Below, in pieces: positions 26,480 to 38,570 of a stretch of 64,000 nucleotides of DNA. Origin of the DNA: Geosiphon pyriformis uo1 (taxonomy: Eukaryota; Fungi; Glomeromycota); NCBI GenBank assembly GCA_016748015.1, contig JAAOMT010000009.1, positions 1,072,459-1,136,458 on the forward strand, given 5' to 3'. A program made the position numbers and the translations under genes. Position 1 is the first letter of the stretch; each line of letters begins with the position of its first letter. The notes beneath the pieces were generated by a model. It did no database searches. It was not told the origin of the DNA and saw only the letters and a list, made by a program, of their open reading frames with translations.

Positions 26480-27846
26480 ATGGACACACTCACTTATTAA
26501 CAACTACATCAGTACCTATCAACACTATGTTTCAAGGAGATATTATCTCAACAGGAACAGAGTACCATATGAAAACAAGCCCGAAATTATTTTATTCAAG
26601 ACAACCAACTATATCGATGAGAACGCCGAAACCACCCCAACCCATAACGACTAATCACGGACAGTGAAAGAGAAACTATACTATATAATGTGCACTCAGA
26701 TCCAACTGCAGGACACTTTAACAAAGACACTACCCTCAAAAGAACACTAAACTTATACTATTGGCCAACAATACACAAAGACATTTTCAAATACGTGCTC
26801 AATTATAATGCATGCCAGCAAAGAGAAGAAGCAAGATCAACAGAACCACTTCGATCTATTCCAGTTGGAAATCTATTTGATAGAATCAGGATCAATTTAG
26901 TTGGACCTCTTTCAATTACATCCCAAGGAAATCACTATATCACTGTAGCCATAGACTATCTTATAAAATGGCCAGAAGCCAGAGCAATCCAAGTGGCTGA
27001 TGCCAAAACAGTCGCCAAATTTGTGCATCAAAACCTAATTTGCTGACATGGATGTCTGAAAGAATTATTATCTGATCAGGGAACACACTTCATTAATAAT
27101 ACACTGACTGAACTAAGCCAATGGTTTGGAATAAAGAGACCCTTATTGTCACTATACCACTCACAAATGAACAGACTGGTAGAATGGTTTAACAGAACAC
27201 TGTGTAAAGCACTAGCAAAAATAAGTCATGAAAACAGACAAGAATGGGACTTATTCATATCTTCTGTACTCTTTGCATACCAAACATTGAAACAAAATAT
27301 GACTCAGTTCACACCGTTCAAACTAGTCTATGGAAGAAAAGCTACGTTACCGATTGAACGAATGATACCATCATATTCAACAGAAACAATTAATGAAGAG
27401 AATTTTGAGGCTATCTTACACCAAAAAATATACCAGCTAATGGAAATGTTGGAAAACAATCAAAGAACAGCAGCTGACAATATTAGTCACGCTCAAGAAC
27501 GACAAAAAAAAAACATGATAAACACCTGCCAGAACAACCAATGGAATTCAAGATTGGAGACCAAGTACTGTTACATCATACAAAAGCTAAGAAACAGTGA
27601 AGTGGAAAGTTTGATCCAAAGTGAGACAATTCGTTTCACATACACGAAGCATTAAGAAATGGAGCTTATAAATTACGATTGGAAGACAGAATTTTAAAGA
27701 AAATAGCACATAGAAATCGGTTAAAAATTTATCATGTAAAACAGGAATCATCGTCATCAGTACCTCAACTAGGAACACAAATTTCATTAATCAGACCAGA
27801 AGATATACCATGAGATCTGGAACCAATTATCGTTATCGAAACGTAG
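26480..27846 (+). pseudogene. Element C integrase, separate ORF
   Basis: Own ATG 10 nt after the pol stop, in the +1 frame. HSDPTAGH..NAC, INLVGP, SDQGTHF, LVEWFNRTL. One frameshift in the A-run at ~27505. Confidence 0.9.
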
Positions 27847-27926
27847 ACAACGGGCAGCCAATTAAATTGGGGAATTCAAATATATATAGCATCCAAAAAG
27901 CAGCAAGAAACAATAGAAATTTCAAC

Positions 27927-28655
27927 ATAGATCTTTCAGATCAAATTTTAAAATTATCTAAACAATTATTTGAAACAATTCAAAAATTGACATCTCAAAT
28001 AGAAATAACAATTAATAAAAAAGAAATACAGTACAAAGATAAGAGCAGGAGAGGGAAGGATGAGAGTTCAATTAGAACTAAATGTTTTCTCTCCTACTCA
28101 CCATCCGAAAGGCAATGTGAGAGGAAAAATTGCCTTCGGGCAGGAGGTGGAAAAGAAGGAGGCAAAGAATGAGAAAAAGGTTACAAAAGAAGATACTTGG
28201 TTCCTGAGCTCGAAGAAATAAAACAAGCTTTAGCTCATGGGACTGAACTCCCTGAAACAGGGGAGTGGACACCTGACAACACCCAGGAATGGAAAGAAAG
28301 ACTTTCTCCAGCTTATTGGTTTTACAAAATTGGAGAACAGCTTAACTTGAAAACACCATATGAAGACCTCAGCCAGAAAATGTTCAACAAAGAAGCAATA
28401 CAACAAATAAAAAAATTTGTAGAGAAAAACAACCTGACTCTACATTACAAAGCAGCATACCGACTATATGTCACCTTCCAACATTGCCCAAACGTACTAC
28501 TGAATGGATCTATGAAAATCATAATGGTTAACAGCATAGAACAAATAACCAATCAACAGTTCAAAGACCTACAAAAGGCAATACTCGAGGCAACAATCGA
28601 ACATTACATGAACAAAGCCACAATAACAGATACATATGGTTTCGCAGGAGCTTAA
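27927..28655 (+). pseudogene. Element C 3' accessory ORF (unknown function)
   Basis: ORF-track pieces 27810..28172 and 28197..28655 share one frame, separated by a TGA (probably from CGA). The homologous start aligns to ATA at 27927. Ends just before the PPT. Confidence 0.78.
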
Positions 28656-28659
28656 TTTT

Positions 28660-28675
28660 AAAAAGAGAGAGATAA
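28660..28675 (+). promoter_or_regulatory. Polypurine tract of C
   Basis: AAAAAGAGAGAGATAA directly before the 3' LTR; equivalents in A, B and D. Confidence 0.85.
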
Positions 28676-29330
28676 TATTACCCAAGTAGAAAAACCAATC
28701 CAAAGTTATGAAGAAACATGACCAAAAACATGACATAACACAGAATAATGCACAATAACGTTGAATAATGCGTTATAACATTGGATAACATGTTATAACA
28801 CAGGATAATACAGAATAGCGTGCAATAACATAGAATAACATGTTATAATGCAGAATAACACAGAATAACATGTAATAATGTCAGATAATGTGTTATAACA
28901 TAGGATAACTAGCAATAACATAAAAAAACGAAGCAATAACAGAAACAACAAAGCAATAGCTAGCAATAGCGAGACAATCGAAAGCAATCCTGTAAAACCA
29001 AAAGAATGTATAAAAGCAAGTAGTTGTAAAAGTGAGAAAAAAGAGAAAAGAAAAAAATAGATACAAACCTCTAGACCAGAAATTAAAATATCCATACTCC
29101 TTCATCCTTTATTATCTTTCCTATTTCATCTCTGGAAATAAATCAATTATTAAAAGAAATCAAAATCGCGAATTCATGTTCTCGAACTTTCGTGAAATTT
29201 ACGTGAATTAACTCTTGTTTTATACCTCCGTTCTAGAACAGATGCTCTTAGCATAACCACCTCGAACCTATTAACAATTTGGACCAATTGCTCTTGATCA
29301 CGGCGATTGACAATACTAATTTATCTTTTC

Positions 29331-29364
<34 letters not shown>

Positions 29365-29771
29365 CTTTTTTTGTCTTAATTTTTTGTGGAGTGGCAATAT
29401 AGTAAAATTGACTGTCTGGGAATAGACTTCGTGATAGCCTGGTAAAAGAGGGAAGCTCCCTTTAAGTTTTGGATATTAACATTATCTTGTTAGCTTACCA
29501 GAAGAGCGAAAAGACAATGCCAAACTCTAACAACTGTACTTGTTAACTCGGAGAAGAAAGTTCACATTTACGAAAAACGTTGCAATTGACGAAAGACAAA
29601 CTTTGTGCCTTATAACCAAAAAACTCAACAGGTAAAATTCACATCCAGAAATAGACCTTCAGAAACTGATAATTAAGACTAAGCCAACAGAATTACGTGG
29701 AAGATGCATCATCAATAATTGAAAGCACCAAATGTTACCATTTCTCATACCCACCAAGTTTACCTGTAACA
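28676..29771 (+). repeat. Element C 3' LTR
   Basis: TATTACC...GTAACA; direct repeat of 19517-20632. Confidence 0.95.
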
Positions 29772-32700
29772 CCGTGCTAACCACTTTTTCTGTTCTTTTT
29801 TGTAGGTGCCAAAGTTTGATAGTGTTCATAAAATTCTTCTGGTTCCAGGAGATTTATGGCTGGTTTTTTGTCCCAGTCAAGTTCTATAGGTTCCAATAGG
29901 TTGTTTTTGATCTCCCTAATTTTTTCGGGTGTCATTCCTTCTATTTTTATGAGTGCCATTCACCAGATCTTATTGTTGTCATGTGGACAACTGTCTAATT
30001 GTTGTACTGCTCTTTTCCAGACTGCTTCTATCAATGTTTCTTTCCTTATCCAGTCACTGATTAGAATCATGTATTGGCATGATTTGTTGCATGTTCTTTC
30101 TCGCCCTGGAATGTCATTCCATATTCCTTCATCCAAGAAAGTTTCTCCACAAGTGAGACAAGATTGGTTGTCCCAATTTCTTTGCTTCTTTGGTTGTTCA
30201 AATCTTTCTATGATACATGTGTGACAGTAGAATTTAGTTGCTGTTGCATATTTCTTATTGTCATCACAACATGTGCCCATTGACAACAATTTTTTACTAC
30301 AATTGATACATATAAGTTTTGGTCGACAATAGATAGATTATGGTGGTGTAGTGTAAGTGTAGGAGTTAAAAAAAATGGTGTTGGTGGTTGTTGTTTTTTT
30401 TTCTTTCTCTTTTTCCTTTCCTTTATCATTTTCTTCTTTCTATTCCCAGTTTGGTGTCTGCTCATTTTTGTCATTGTTAGTTCAGGTTAGCTTGTCAGTC
30501 TTTCAGGTAATTTCTTCTCTTTGTTTACCCTTTCCAATATTGTCTTATAATAGTATTGGTGGCAGCTCATTGTGGTCTTTGTCGGCCCATAAGACTTGAT
30601 ACACTTTCCAGATAGGTTTCTTTTTTTCTTCTTCCAATTCGATAAGTGGGGTTGTCGAGTTGGTGGTCTTAAAGTGGCCACACGTGGCTGGTACACATGT
30701 GTGTTAACCATTTTGACTGAATTGTAATTTTTGAGTAGTCTAATTGAGTATGGCATTAGTTTTGAATAATCAATCATTGCCTACCAATGCTTGATATTAG
30801 GTTGCTTCTATCACTAGTACTTTGATGGGTATTATGATGCCATTGATCTCAATTGGGAAGTTATTAATTTTGCCAATTGGAGTTTTGGTCACTCCATCAG
30901 CTATAATAATGCATGCACTGGCAGCTCGATTAACCCAGCAACCTAATTGGTCCATAAGTTGTCATGTGATGATACTGCCAGCTAATCTACTATCTAGGAT
31001 CAATTTGATGGCATGGCCATCAACTTTTGTATCAGTGTACATGACAGTAATGGGTTTTTTTTCCAGAGCAGCTCCACTAAATAATGGTGTGGTCAATGGT
31101 TTTTCAAGTTCAAATGAAAAGATGGTGTCCAGTGATTTGTTCTTGGTGATAATAGCTGGCAGAATGTTGCTGGTAAGTGTTAGATGTTGGTTGGTTTCTG
31201 GGTTATTGGGTTGGGCATCTTCTGGGGTGACCAAGAGACTTAAATAGTTCTGAAAATTCGGGTTTTGGATATATCTGGTGCCCGAATTCTATTGTTGAGA
31301 GCCTAATAGTTGTGCCATAGAACTGAAGATCGGTTGATGAACTACCATTGATGATCTCCAGCTTTGTTGGGTCAATCTCGGCCTTTGGATTCCATTTTGA
31401 AGTAAGTTCTGTGGCAGTGTTTGAATTTGTTGGGGCTGATATATTACCTAAGGCTGTGGCTAATAAATGGGTTGTGGCTGTGGCTGATAAATTGCTGGTG
31501 TCATTGGTTAATAAATTGACGTTTAATATACTGGTGGTTGATAAGATGGCTGCTGCTTCATAGGCAAGTAATTCTGATGATATAGTTTGGAGTTCGGTGA
31601 GTTATTTGGAATTTGAAATCAGTAATCAGGATTTTGATATTGATTTCCCAATTATTGGTTATTTAAGCAATAGCAGCAATCAATTTGTAAGTGTTTTTGT
31701 TTACCACAATAGTGGCAGACACGTGTTTTCTATTGCCACTGTTGGTTGGTCGATGATGATAGATGTGACTGATTTTGGAAGTGATTCACATTTCTGGAAT
31801 TATTGCATCATTGTGGTGGTTGATAAATTGCATGATTGTCAGCTAAGTATCTCTCTAATTTTTGATTGATGGAATTACTAAATTGTTTTAATTTGGAATC
31901 CAATTTAGATGATCCATTCATTACTAGATTAATGGCTTGGATGTGGTTAGCTTCAAGTTCAGTGGCTTCAAAATCTCTGGCATTTGTGACAGCTGCTTGC
32001 AGATTAATGAGATGCATTGGATGTATGCATTGCAAAATGCTACTGCATAATCCGCGAATAAACTGATTTAGAATCTAGGCTACTGTGAAATAATTGGGAT
32101 TAATGACTTGAATCTAGTGCAAATTCCTGTGGAAGCATCCTAAGTAAGTAGTGACTGCTTCATTTTTTCTTTGTTTGATAGTAGTGAAGGTGGTTGCTAG
32201 CCTGTTAATGCTGTTATTGTTGCTGAAGTATCTTAGGAACTCTATTTTGAATACATTGAAATCTTGGGGTTTGTTAATTAGGCTTTAGTACTATGAATTA
32301 GCAGTATCTTAGAGAAAATATGGAATGGCTTGCATGGCTCTGGCATCATTCCATCCATTAGCTGTAATGGCTTTCTCCATATCATTTAGCCATACTTGGG
32401 CATTGTCCTCTTCACCAGTGAATTTTTCGAGTTTGGCTATTGGTGTGTATGCTATTGGGTCTAAGTTGGGTTGTAGCAGTTGTTGGAGTAGTACTAGTGG
32501 CTGTTGAATCTGCTGGTGTGGTTGTTATAGTGGCTGGCCAATCAGTTCAATTGGTGGTGGATTAATGACAATAACGGGAGATAAGTCCAATTGATTAATT
32601 AGATCAGAGTTTTGATTGTTCTAATTTGGTGGTGGTTGAATATTCGGAGTTTCAAGTTCCAGGTTTTCTAAATTTGAATTTTGCTGGGTTTGAAAATTCG

Positions 32701-33436
32701 GGGTTCCAAATTCCGAGTTTTCTATGATCGGGTTCTGGTAAGTAAATTCTTGATCTTCAGATTCTTCTTCTTCCTCTTTTTCTGATTCTGTTATTTCCCA
32801 AAGACTCATGTTTCTGAAATCTGGTTGAAATGGTGGTAATTAAAATCCTGATGGCATTGGCAATTGCAATTTAAATCCTTCAAAGTAATCACTGTATGGT
32901 CCTAATAACTCTGCTTTTTGTTGTTTACTTTGAAATGAGAAGCATCCAAAGGTTGATGTCACATTTGATGTGAACATATCTGTTAATGAGATGTTGATGG
33001 CACTTCTGGGCATATAATAGTATGATGGATGGGTGGGTGATTCAACTTGGGTTTTCTTCCAATTGAGTAGTTGAATTTGTTTTGGTGTTACTGCTGGGGT
33101 TTGCAATCTTCCTTTGCCTTTATCTGTATAGGTGATGGGAAATTGTTGTTGTGTATACCTTTCAATAGTTTGATTGATTTCCCTAATAATTGGTGCAAAA
33201 CTGTAGTTTCTTGGTAAGCTAGTATGTTGAAATAATTCTGTATAGAAATTTTCTCTTGCAGATTTAATGTTAACTGTTCCTCTTAAGCAGTCTGTGATTT
33301 TATCATTGATGTAAAAATTGAAGGCTGATTCTACTGAGAAATAATTATTGTTCAATCCTAATTGTTGACTGTACTGTTGGAATAAAGATTTGGCAAATCC
33401 TAAATAGTTTGTTTCTATGATTTCTGATTCTGCCAC
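29772..33436 (-). pseudogene. Element B polyprotein, 5' part: gag, CCHC, protease, Cys-rich domain
   Basis: PIAKLEKFTGE capsid-like start, CHYCGK knuckle, KLILDSRLAGSI protease and CxxC repeats. Reading continues across the C insertion. Confidence 0.88.
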
Positions 33437-33498
33437 TTTTGGATAATTGTTGATGGTACTGGTTCTCTGTAAAATTATACCTTATAGAGAGCACCAAA

Positions 33499-34384
33499 TA
33501 TTACAGATAATTATTTGGAGTCTCAAATCAAATAACAAATCCATAACTTGGTGCTCAATATCTTGACAATGCTGATAATATTAGTACATTGGTTGTATCT
33601 GAAGGTTTTAGAGTTGATAAGTTCTTTGTATAATGGACAAAGATTCTTTGTTTAGGTTATTCACAGTTTTCTTGTAAGTTGTTTCCCAATTTCTTTCTCA
33701 GCTTGGTGGCTGAATTTATTCTGGCATTTGTGCTCTTTTGGTAAGCTATTCGTTAATATATATATAATTTTATTCTTATTTCTGGGTCTTTTACCAGGCT
33801 ATCCGTGATGTCAATTACTTAGTGCTTTAATTCTTAATTAGTTAGTATTTAACAAGAAAAATCAAAGAAAGCAAGAAATAAAAGAAAATAAAGAAATAAA
33901 CCAAGGCAATGTGCAAGTTAGTATCTCGTCAATAGCCATGATCAAGAGCTATTGTTCCAGCATAGTTAAGTATCAATTGCTATCAACATGAAGTGTTGAT
34001 AGTGAAAAGTGGATTTGGATAATAAATAATTTATTTAATATTTGTGGAAGGAAGATTTCTAACTTCTGATTCTGTTCTTTCTATTTTTAATGCTACTGCT
34101 ATATATACATAATTGATGTTTTATGAGATCATTCACATTCTTGAGCAATGTGTTATAATTTCTTGAGCAATGCTCACATTGCTGTATAATGTGCTCTAAT
34201 TTTTTAACATTGCTCCATATTATGCAGCAATATGCCATGCTTTCTAACATTGCTCCACATTGCTGAGCAATATGCCATGATTTCTGACATTGCTCTACAT
34301 TGCTGAACAATGTGCTTATGTGCTAAATACTATTCTCTTATTGGTCTACTATTTTTTTATATCTGTTTTTTTTTATGAGTAACA
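33499..34384 (-). repeat. Element B 5' LTR
   Basis: TATTACAG...GTAACA; adjacent to the PBS. Confidence 0.93.
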
Positions 34385-34654
34385 ATGGAAGTAAATTGTG
34401 ACTATGTTCCAATATTTTGATTTAGAGCTGTCAAGTGAGTTTTGTTGATTTATTGGTACTGTAAGAATTAGGTTTTATTGGACTATTGAAGGTAAGTTTT
34501 CTTGTATGATAGCAGGGTTTGAAATTTATTGGACTTTGAATGTTCAGGTTTTTGAATAATTTTTGGAGTTTAAATTGCTAAAAATTTAATGAGTTTTATT
34601 AATGGTAAGTTTCTTTGTATAATAGTGGAGTTGAAATTATTGGGTTTTAAATGT

Positions 34655-34890
34655 GGGTTTTTGAACAATCAGATCTTGAATAATCGGAGTTTTAATTTTA
34701 ACAAGTTTTTAACAAATTTATTAAAAATAAATTTCAAATGTTCAAGATTTTTAATAATTGGATCTTGAATAATCAGAGTTTTAATTTTAATGAGTTTTTA
34801 ACAAATTTATCAATGGTAATTTTCAAATGTTTGAGGTTTTTAATGATTGGGTCTTGAATAATTAGAGTTTCAATTTAACAAGTTTTTCAA
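34655..34890. repeat. 89-bp tandem repeat (~2.5 copies) inside element A
   Basis: G(A/G)TCTTGAATAAT recurs at 34672, 34761 and 34850. Confidence 0.8.
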
Positions 34891-35022
34891 AGATAATGGT
34901 AAAATAAGAATTTCACAAATTCTAAATAATTTTCCTTTGTTTTTTCTTGGTTTGCCACTTTCCTGTATGATTGTTGTTGGTATTGGTTCTCTGTTAGATT
35001 ATATCTCACAAGAAGCACCAAA

Positions 35023-35912
35023 TATTACAGATAATTATTTGGGGTTTCAAAGCAAATAACAAACTTAAAACTTGGTGCTTAATGGCTGATCTTATTGTTA
35101 ATATCTGAAGGTTGTTTGTATCTGAAGGTTTTGGTTAAGTCTTTTGTATAATAGACAAAAATTCAAGAATGTTTCAGTAGCCTTCTGGAATCACAATTTT
35201 GTTGAATTTCTTTCTCAGCATAGTGGCCAGTAATCTGACAGAGATGCTTTTCTGGTAAGCTATTTTTAAATTATCAAACTTTATACTCTTTCTTTGGGGT
35301 CTTTTACCAGAATTATTTTTGACATCAATAATTCAGTGCTTAATCTCTTTAATTAATAGTAAATTAACAAACAAAAGAAAATAAAATAAAATAAAAGAAA
35401 ATAAATAAAAAATTAGTATTCTGTTAATAGCTGTAATTAAGAGCTATTGTTTCAGTATGGTTAAGTATTGAATTTTATTAACATGAAGTGTTAATAAATG
35501 GAAGAGTGATTAGATTTTCAAACAAATGACAATAACATGAATTTGAAAAATTAAAGAGATATTTTATTGATATAATTCTATTTTAGTTGATAGCAACTAT
35601 TCTTAAAATGAGAGTTAATAAATAAAAAAGAAAGGAGATTGTTCTAAATTAATAAAACTCTATTGAATTCTCCAGAAATTGTTTTTTCTGCTTTTAATAC
35701 TCTCACTATATATATATAATTTATGTTATACAAAATTTCTTGAATTCCTCAATTCTCTAGTCAGGAATTCTGTAATTTTTTATATGAAAATCCTATAATT
35801 CTAGAATCCTGCAATTTCTCTGAAAAAAATTCTGGAATTTCACTTTTACTACATCTATTCTGATTGGTTAATTTATATATTAATATTTAATTCCTATATT
35901 CTATGAATAACA
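35023..35912 (-). repeat. Element A 5' LTR
   Basis: TATTACAG...AATAACA; adjacent to the PBS. Confidence 0.9.
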
Positions 35913-38434
35913 CTAGTAAATCTATTAGTTAGGCAATATATTGAATGCTATATGCTTTTTTATTTAACTTTTTATAATTTTATTAACTATAGACTTAATC
36001 TTGCCAAATTTTAAAATCAGATTACCACTTACCACCAAATAATTTAAGACTATCTTTTAAAACAGTCATTTCAAAATATACTTAATTATGTGCTCTTTAT
36101 TAGAGCAAAAGTTTTTCATGTATTTTTCAATTATTTTTTTAATAGATACATTCTTTGCAGTTTTTAATTCATATTATTTGGATTTTTTGTACTTTTTTTT
36201 GACTATTAATAAATGTTTAATAATATTCATTAACTTTAAATTATTCTAAATTATATTATTAACTTTATGAGTTTTACTATTATTAATAGTTATTTACCTC
36301 TTAACAAAACAATCAGACTTAGATCTATTATCTAAATTTTAACTTCTTATAATTTTAACAATTAGCAATTCTAGTCTAAAAAATTTTAATAATTGTTTGA
36401 TTTTTAAGCTATTAAACCTATTATACTAATGTTTAAAAAACATTACATTAACTAATTTTATTATTATATTTTTTAGCATTTTTTATATTACATTCAAATT
36501 GTGTAGATTTTTTATATTTTTGAACTCATATATTTTTATTAAAAGTTTTACAAAAAAACACTTCTTAAATTATGTTTATTTGGTTTTATTTATATTTTTA
36601 ATCTTAAACTTCTAACAATTTTTGTTTGCTTATTTACAAATACTATTTAGATGAATATTTAACAAATTTTCTAAGCCAATCAAAACTATAACTGTTTTGT
36701 AATCAATATTATAAAAGTCAAATACTAAAATAACTCTATAATTTGCAACTACAAATAACAAATTCTTACTTAAAAACATGTAATCAATAACTTTTTCTAT
36801 TTTTTTTAAGTTGTTTTAGATAGAAGCTTTGGCTAAAAAGTACTCATTAAATAAATTAATCAATTTTAAATCCAAATAAAACTTAAAACTTGTACTTTTT
36901 TTAGATCTGTCTTTATTAAAATTTCTATTTAAGACCACAAAAGTACTAAAGTTAACTGTTTTAGTAATAAAAAAATTGATTTTTATTGCCTAACCAAACC
37001 TAAGTTCAGCAAAAACACCAGCATAAAAATCCAAAATTGTAATTAAAAGTTTTTTCTTAAACAAAAATCAAATTAAGATAAGATAACTGGAAATTTTTTT
37101 TACTTTTAAAACATAATAAGCCAAAAAACTGTTTATAATTACTGCCATATTAGTACCAAAAAAACTCATATTTAAATCAGACATGAAAATACATATTTTA
37201 TCAAATTTGTTCATAATTTATAATCTAATACTAAATTTTAACTTTGTTTTTATAATAATAAAAATTATATTTTTTAAATTTATATGTTAATAAACAACAT
37301 TTTTTTGTTTAACAAAAACATTAATATTTCGAATATTATATACAACAATTTTTTATATCAAGTTAGTTATTGGTAAGAAAAAGTGTTTGAACTCAAATCA
37401 ATATTTTTGACTTTAGCCAAAAAATCCATAATCATGTCTAATAAACTGTTTATACTTATTTTTAACTTAGCAATATCCAAAAATAATGGAAAAACTATTA
37501 TAGTTATAGTTTTATTACTAGTGGTTACATCTAAACTCTTATTCATTACTATATTTGTTTTTTAATTTCATAATATAGAAGTTATTAATAGCTAATATCT
37601 AAGACATAACTGAAAAACTATCAATCTAAGCACATTTAAACTCTTTGTCAACTTATTAATTTGTTTTGCAAAACCAGTAAAACTGCATTCAAAAATAATA
37701 AACTTATTATTAATGTCCAATATAACCAGTAAAAAAAGTTTTTTTTCCAAAAAAAACCAACTTTTAACAAATTATTTTGCTTATAAAAAAAATAAAATAA
37801 AGAACTGCCAACAATTTCTATTTAAAACATATTGTCAAAAAACATCAGATAAGCAATAAAAGCTAATTTTTTGGCATAAATAGTTGTCAGTCTGCTTTTA
37901 TCTGTTTTTAACAAAACTTTTTAAGAGAACTATTCACAGAAACTTTCCTACTAACAAAGCAGTTAATTAATATATAATCCAATTTTTCATATTTAATATT
38001 TAATTATGCTTAAACAAAACCAGTACAAATTGGCACTTCTTAAGACTGGTGTGATTTTTATAATAGAATTCAATAAGTTAACAGAATCAAAACAGATTAT
38101 TATATATCTGATCCAAACATATATAATTAGATAGCAATTAATTATACATTTTTTTTACCCATAAATTTAATAAAGTTCTAAACATTATAAATATTTGTTT
38201 TTACCAACAATATATAAAACAATGTTTTATTACAGTTTTTAGTGTTTTATGTTTTTTTGTTTATATTAGTTCTAGTAATTTTTACAGTATTTTTTCTAAT
38301 TAAGATAGACTATTTTTTTGTAACCAAATTAGTATAATCAAATTGTCCAAATTTTATTATATTTTTTTGTTATATTCTTATTAATTGCATTTTAATTAAC
38401 TTAATTATTTCAAATTTAGATAATACAGTATATA
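35913..38434 (-). mobile_element. LINE2 segment 2 (APE domain and 3' half of ORF1)
   Basis: Resumes the ORF2 reading at the CTGG/CTAG TSD of element A. Degenerate APE motifs; ORF1/ORF2 junction near 37370. Interrupted by LINE3. Confidence 0.82.
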
Positions 38435-38570
38435 TTTTTTTTTATTACAAGTTTTTACAAGTGAAGTCCAACTGCTATCTAGTACATAGAACCAAACTAA
38501 GTGGAACCAACTAAATGTAGCTCATATACAGACTACATGTGGCCAGCCACTCGGGCCAGACAAAGCAACA

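Larger units (their letters stand above)
19517..29771 (+). mobile_element. Ty3/gypsy LTR retrotransposon C (dUTPase-bearing), youngest of the A>B>C nest
   Basis: LTR pair, PBS 20635-20651, PPT 28660-28675. TSD CCAT (19513-19516) / CCGT (29772-29775). Confidence 0.96.
13936..34384 (-). mobile_element. Ty3/gypsy LTR retrotransposon B (dUTPase-bearing), nested in A, host of C
   Basis: LTR pair, PBS 33480-33496, PPT 14823-14837. TSD ATGA (13932-13935) / ATGG (34385-34388). Domain order PR-RT-RH-IN. Confidence 0.95.
12569..35912 (-). mobile_element. LTR element A: non-autonomous deletion derivative (internal ~1.1 kb: 13498-13935 and 34389-35022), host of B
   Basis: Paired LTRs, PBS at 35005-35020, PPT after 13497. 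TSD CTGG (12565-12568) / CTAG (35913-35916). Confidence 0.88.

Noticed and set aside
27700-27846. Chromodomain at the integrase C-terminus
   Set aside because: Only a short tail ending (R)DLEPIIVI follows the GPF region; no chromodomain pattern.
27810-27926. ATG 27810 as start of the 3' ORF
   Set aside because: It overlaps the integrase tail and probably arose by ACG>ATG. Homology with B and D begins at 27927.
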